Source of the DNA: a virus
Lineage: Duplodnaviria; Heunggongvirae; Uroviricota; Caudoviricetes
Strand: one strand, 5' to 3'
Length of the DNA stretch: 64,000 bases
IMG/VR virus record: IMGVR_UViG_3300013232_000486
Shown: in pieces, positions 60,901-64,000 of the stretch
Numbering within the stretch: the first letter of the stretch is position 1
How the letters are laid out: each line of letters opens with the position of its first letter
Made by a program: the position numbers and the translations under genes
Notes under the pieces: generated by a model
What the model was told of the DNA's origin: nothing
What the model saw: the letters and a program-made list of their open reading frames with translations, nothing else
The model's database searches: none

Positions 60901-61328
60901 CCAAACAAACACTGGGAATCGGAACAGTATCGGTAAGCTCGACGACCACAACCACCCAGACCACGACCACGCAGACAACTGGAACGAGCACGAACGTTGA
61001 GTCCACGGTCACAACGGACTTCTCAAAGCTGGTTGCGTATCGTGGAAGAGTCAAGATCATAGAAAAGGCCTCTGGTCGAGTCGTCTTTGACGAGCTTACG
61101 TCTGACGGGACGTTCGCCTCCGACGTGCAAGTCGACAGCAACGATAATCTGATCGTGATTGAGAAGTATTACCAAGACGACCCAAATAGCCCGCTTCCGT
61201 TCGGTAGGGGACGCATCATCAAGATGGATGAGGACGGAAACATCTACTGGCAATACGGACTCGGTTCATACGAGTCGTTCAATGACGTCAGGACGCTGGA
61301 CAGCGGAAACGTGATCGTCTGCTCATGA
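57906..61328 (+). CDS. Tail fibre/baseplate protein (paralogous core with 3762), with CBM-like and beta-propeller domains and a Thr-rich linker
   Basis: ATG at 57906, 1 nt after the upstream stop; DWSGYN-type CBM-like segment; YLISDTFNDRV propeller blades. Confidence 0.7.
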   Translation: MQFTENYRLGSILPSEPLSPTEDSRRMQTIDRQLLGMFEIFGNGILNGWELKQSTGLSVSITPGSGHISYASALTTIAGVVQLEPSSTNYVYAKLTEDGRYTRDVVFFARTAALTSGTNSIFLGKAVTGPNSVTSIDMTGRNDISFIETIKQFIIQHKHRGGTENPSRVSLVNEVMGKLPGYRIDNLDASNVVTGRIPASRMPAIEHGDLLDSGILTHAQLDSFVRDLSNPNTRLLGELSTVNLLQLYLAHKHIWSEVDQQATNLLAMIPGITNDTFTDYVATTALVDRYNHTIQGIPAPPGRLHTITFSTLSDFSNAFARVNLDILSDQTGTKVKLTQPLSQLIVDDFDNVFSNDTEIPGWEVDTTPSLTAPDNTSFKTDSSKKDAGTYSAKFHIEQEITVQVTKDYGDSPVDWSGYNVIQVAIETLTLSHGQVRMQILGPQQSGVYQILDDFMLLNINETTKGFKTVVRDISNLTRTSVQGIKVYTDTSLGWNPSDIININIDTIKVLNTIYYDPSGFIRFRLQTPQKSRWAAISWDGDNNDGQISARARTASSFSVFDQTLSSPFGESISTPGDDPQVADNTNFEIEIALASNEAKTSSPSLRSVTISYITHSEDKGIIVDSVPDFQRGLEFLNTKVIGYPGQYDDDGEEQGSVVIDGRNDTGDIVYGLINSAQQSTFEANPIPVIGITGNDLFVSPWQAVTNDLYQRYIKRATGLDGVSHVHRQNDRTYLISDTFNDRVLLLSREGRLISGLITNNVRTQDELYPIVAIYNQRLKGIYVAWSKNIELTSSLDMSKFHVNSPGLAITLSNQTEKASSISGLPGDAGKASGNVTFIALSEAHNGEVLAYLDDQGQDAPLFLDVDADAIPDGLDKSNANYASLAGPRGLPMSNADVMFVPGIYRPIAVIVSEYSGNWIICNSKPLDTTDVVTEVSRTEITSLIEIEPATGTISFSDDSLDFSIITLGGVAEYNEKYLAVAGISSEQYPPPTTSSTQATKQTLGIGTVSVSSTTTTTQTTTTQTTGTSTNVESTVTTDFSKLVAYRGRVKIIEKASGRVVFDELTSDGTFASDVQVDSNDNLIVIEKYYQDDPNSPLPFGRGRIIKMDEDGNIYWQYGLGSYESFNDVRTLDSGNVIVCS

Positions 61329-62044
61329 CAGAAGACGCCTTCATATCCCTCGCCGTCAGCGACTTCTCTCCAGGGAGCGTTTATGTGGTCTCTGGGAAGA
61401 ACCCGTACCTGACGAATGATTTGCTTTGCAGGACAAAGACCGCCTTGGCTGGGGCCTCAAAAAACGCGCTGGTTCTTGATGCCGATACGTTTGTCGGATA
61501 CCCGATGGACGTGTTCGTTGGTGGTCAGTTCTGGCAACCAAGATACTTGTACAGAAAAGGCGAGCATGTTTTCCCGACCTCGTACGTCGAAGATGGCGTC
61601 TTGTACAATATCCCCTTCGACTGCGCGACGACCATCTTGCCCAGGTTTAGATATACTTGTACCATAAGCGGAATGAGCGGAGACGATGAGCCAGTTTGGC
61701 CACTCGTTGAAGACACGCAAATGCTCGACAACCAGACCATCTGGCTCACGACATCATTGCGCGTTGATGGCCTCACGTGGGAAATGGTTCTTTTGAACTC
61801 AAGACAAGGTGACGGGTTTGTGGTTCTGGTTCACAATGAGTTCGATCCGAACGGGCCAAGGGCCATCACTGGAAACTTGACCAATGACGTCGTCTTAGAT
61901 CTGGAACATGGATTCGGGCCAGGCGGAAACGTGCTAAAACATAAGGCGTATCCGTCAAGGGACATCTTCCCGTACTTGTCGATGATCTTCTATCACGAGA
62001 ACGAGGATGTTACGTACATCAAGACCCAGACGCCTGTCCGTTAA
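61325..62044 (+). CDS. Tail-associated protein with a CBM5/12-like W..Y..G..Y.C..G.SG..EP.WP module
   Basis: WQPRYLYRKGEHVFPT...YTCTISGMSGDDEPVWP...DNQTIW. Confidence 0.55.
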   Translation: MTEDAFISLAVSDFSPGSVYVVSGKNPYLTNDLLCRTKTALAGASKNALVLDADTFVGYPMDVFVGGQFWQPRYLYRKGEHVFPTSYVEDGVLYNIPFDCATTILPRFRYTCTISGMSGDDEPVWPLVEDTQMLDNQTIWLTTSLRVDGLTWEMVLLNSRQGDGFVVLVHNEFDPNGPRAITGNLTNDVVLDLEHGFGPGGNVLKHKAYPSRDIFPYLSMIFYHENEDVTYIKTQTPVR

Positions 62045-62393
62045 CATTCACGTTAGCGACTGCCGTAATTGGAATCCCGTCTTCTACCTTGTGTGCGATT
62101 CTGGATATCCAATGCATGGCTTGCCACAAAACAAGTATTCTAAGCTCCAGCGGAATAGCTGTTTTCCATACGACCCAGACTTGATCACTGGACACGTTCC
62201 AACAAATGAGGATGGATAACACCAATGCCATCCAGTTGGACTGGCAGAACTTGCACGTGAACACCTTGCCAATGACTGGTATTTTCCCCAGCAGCGCCCT
62301 TGGTTTCTCGAACAAGTCGATCTCTGTAAGTACGTGACTAAGGTTCGCGATGGCTAATCCAAGGATCACGGAAAGGATCAAAATTTCGGTCAT
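62019..62393 (-). CDS. DUF1360-like small membrane protein
   Basis: Hydrophobic segments; LFEKPR..GKVFTCKFCQSNW motif. Confidence 0.65.
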   Translation of the reverse strand: MTEILILSVILGLAIANLSHVLTEIDLFEKPRALLGKIPVIGKVFTCKFCQSNWMALVLSILICWNVSSDQVWVVWKTAIPLELRILVLWQAMHWISRIAHKVEDGIPITAVANVNVNGQASGS

Positions 62394-62638
62394 CTGCTAC
62401 TCCCGCAGCGGCTGTTCGTACAGACGTTCCTCTTCACCATCACGCCCGTCCTTGGATCATACACGGTGATTTGCTTCAGAAGCCATCCACAAGTCGGGCA
62501 GAACCCCTCTTGGTTGAACTGCTTCGGTCTTGGGGTAGTGGGCGCTGGCTTAACCGCCGCTGGCTTCGGAAATGCCGGTGGCGCTCCGCGCCATGGCTGG
62601 CCAGGGACCGCCTTGTTCCCGCCGCAGTTACATCCCAT
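62390..62638 (-). CDS. Small Cys-rich protein (MGCNCGG N-terminus, C-terminal Zn ribbon)
   Basis: SD GGAGGT; CPTCG...CTNSRC. Confidence 0.7.
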   Translation of the reverse strand: MGCNCGGNKAVPGQPWRGAPPAFPKPAAVKPAPTTPRPKQFNQEGFCPTCGWLLKQITVYDPRTGVMVKRNVCTNSRCGSSR

Positions 62639-62663
62639 GATACACCTCCATGCTCACTATTAA

Positions 62664-62689
62664 ATTCTACGTCTAGCACGTTTCGACCT
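62664..62689 (-). promoter_or_regulatory. AGGT-N18-GAAT promoter motif
   Basis: The - strand reads AGGT cgaaacgtgctagacgta GAAT. Confidence 0.55.
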
Positions 62690-62710
62690 CTGAAAACGGT
62701 GCAGATTCGC

Positions 62711-62739
62711 TTGACGCGATATGGGCGTTATGATACAAG
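62711..62739 (+). promoter_or_regulatory. Possible sigma70-like promoter for clpC (TTGACG-N17-TACAAG, extended TG)
   Basis: Good -35 and weak -10; intergenic. Confidence 0.35.
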
Positions 62740-62760
62740 TAGGGCGGTGAGGAGAAACTC

Positions 62761-64000
62761 ATGTACGAGAAGTTCAGCAACAAGGCCCGCAAGGTCATCC
62801 ATAACGCCAAGAAAGAGGCCGAGAAACTCGGCCACGACTATATAGGCAGCGAGCATTTGCTACTCGGAATGCTCAAGGACGCAAGCTCCGTCGGGGCGAC
62901 CGTTTTGGACGGCTTCGGGATTGATTATGAGGCCGTGTACAATCAAGTCAAGAAAATGTCCAAGCCTCCAATCGGAGGGATGCCCGCCGCCGACTTGCCG
63001 CTGACGCAACGGGCAAAATCAATCCTCGAGACGTCAATCAAAGAAGCACAAAAGCTCAAGGAAATGAAGTACGTGGGCGTCGAGCATATACTCCTCGCTC
63101 TCCTATCCGAACCACAAGGAATCGCGGCCCAGGTCTTGGTCTCGCTCGGAGGGGACCTGGAAAAGGTGAAGATGGACTTGTATTCGTTTCTCGGGCCAGA
63201 AAACATTGGGAACGAGCCATTTGGGCCAGCTCAAGACGACGCAGAACCAAACGTCGCGGATCCAATGCCAGAAAAAAAGATTTCGCAACCAACGAAGGTA
63301 TCAAAGAAAACTCCAGCCCTTGACGCGTTCGGAAGGGACTTAACAAAATTAGCCAGGGCGAAGAAGCTTGATCCGCTTGTCAATCGGCAGCAAGAACTCG
63401 ACAGGATCATCCGCATCCTCGTCAGGCGAAGAAAAAACAATCCAGTACTGCTCGGCGAAGCTGGCGTAGGAAAGACGGCCATCGTGGAAGGCCTTGCCCA
63501 GATGATCGTCAGTGGCAAGGTACCACCAGCCTTCGCGGACAAGCGTATCGTCGAACTCGACCTTGGGTCGCTTGTCGCTGGAACCAAGTATCGCGGCCAG
63601 TTTGAAGAGCGACTCAAGGCAATCATGAGCGAGGTTGTTGCGTCAGCCAACGTGATCTTGTTCGTAGACGAGATACACACGCTCGTCGGGGCTGGATCTG
63701 CCGAAGGCACGCTGGACGGGGCGAATATGCTCAAGCCAGCGCTCGCTCGAGGAGAGATACAGTGCATTGGGGCGACCACGCATAACGAATACAAGAAGTC
63801 CGTCGAGCGTGACGCGGCCCTTGAAAGGCGCTTCCAGCCAGTCAACGTAGACGAGCCTACCGTACCAGAGGCGATTGAAATTCTGAAGGGCCTTCGTTCC
63901 AGATATGAGGCCCATCACATGGTCCAGATCACAGACAAAGCCATTGAGGAGACCGTGAAGCTCAGCCAGCGGTACATCACGGAACGCCTTCTGCCAGACA
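62761..64000 (+). CDS. clpC: ClpC-type AAA+ chaperone, 3'-truncated (absent from the ORF track)
   Basis: SD GAGGAG; [20 protein letters not shown] Clp-N repeats; [15 protein letters not shown]; [12 protein letters not shown]; FVDEIH; DAALERRFQ. Confidence 0.93.
   Translation, partial: MYEKFSNKARKVIHNAKKEAEKLGHDYIGSEHLLLGMLKDASSVGATVLDGFGIDYEAVYNQVKKMSKPPIGGMPAADLPLTQRAKSILETSIKEAQKLKEMKYVGVEHILLALLSEPQGIAAQVLVSLGGDLEKVKMDLYSFLGPENIGNEPFGPAQDDAEPNVADPMPEKKISQPTKVSKKTPALDAFGRDLTKLARAKKLDPLVNRQQELDRIIRILVRRRKNNPVLLGEAGVGKTAIVEGLAQMIVSGKVPPAFADKRIVELDLGSLVAGTKYRGQFEERLKAIMSEVVASANVILFVDEIHTLVGAGSAEGTLDGANMLKPALARGEIQCIGATTHNEYKKSVERDAALERRFQPVNVDEPTVPEAIEILKGLRSRYEAHHMVQITDKAIEETVKLSQRYITERLLPD

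Noticed and set aside
63231-63845. 204-aa antisense ORF
   Set aside because: Typical shadow ORF opposite clpC.
1-64000. Eukaryotic giant virus or recoded (TAG/TGA) phage
   Set aside because: SD sites, operons and tail genes indicate a prokaryotic virus; all three stop codons terminate genes normally.
1-64000. CRISPR array, tRNA genes, DGR
   Set aside because: Intergenic gaps are at most about 120 nt, with no repeats, cloverleafs or reverse transcriptase seen.

Overview
This window looks like part of a large (probably jumbo-class) tailed bacterial virus genome. It uses the standard genetic code, genes are tightly packed with Shine-Dalgarno (SD) sites and TAATG/ATGA overlaps, and most lie on the + strand. 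1-20 kb holds four giant (1.2-2.4 kaa) tail/baseplate adhesion-type proteins with beta-propellers, Kelch, FN3, Ig-like and His-rich modules, plus a vWA domain apparently split across two genes. 20-44 kb holds glycosyltransferase genes carrying eight intact-looking GT domains (five in one 1841-aa protein). They are mixed with neck genes and accessory genes: a eukaryote-like CCA-adding enzyme with an HD domain, PhoH, a ferritin-like protein, a NucS-like nuclease, a LAGLIDADG homing endonuclease and an actin-like ATPase. 44-62 kb is a tail module: tube, chaperone with a -1 frameshift plus a paralogue, tape measure, hub and fibre. The window ends in a truncated clpC. Most notable are (i) a probable virion-glycosylation system, (ii) a recurring AGG[A/T]-N18-GAA promoter at six intergenic sites, (iii) the split vWA/MIDAS domain and (iv) several unnamed motifs shared between unrelated proteins. 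All calls come from reading motifs by eye; no database searches were run. I saw no tRNA, rRNA, CRISPR array, capsid, terminase or sheath gene.
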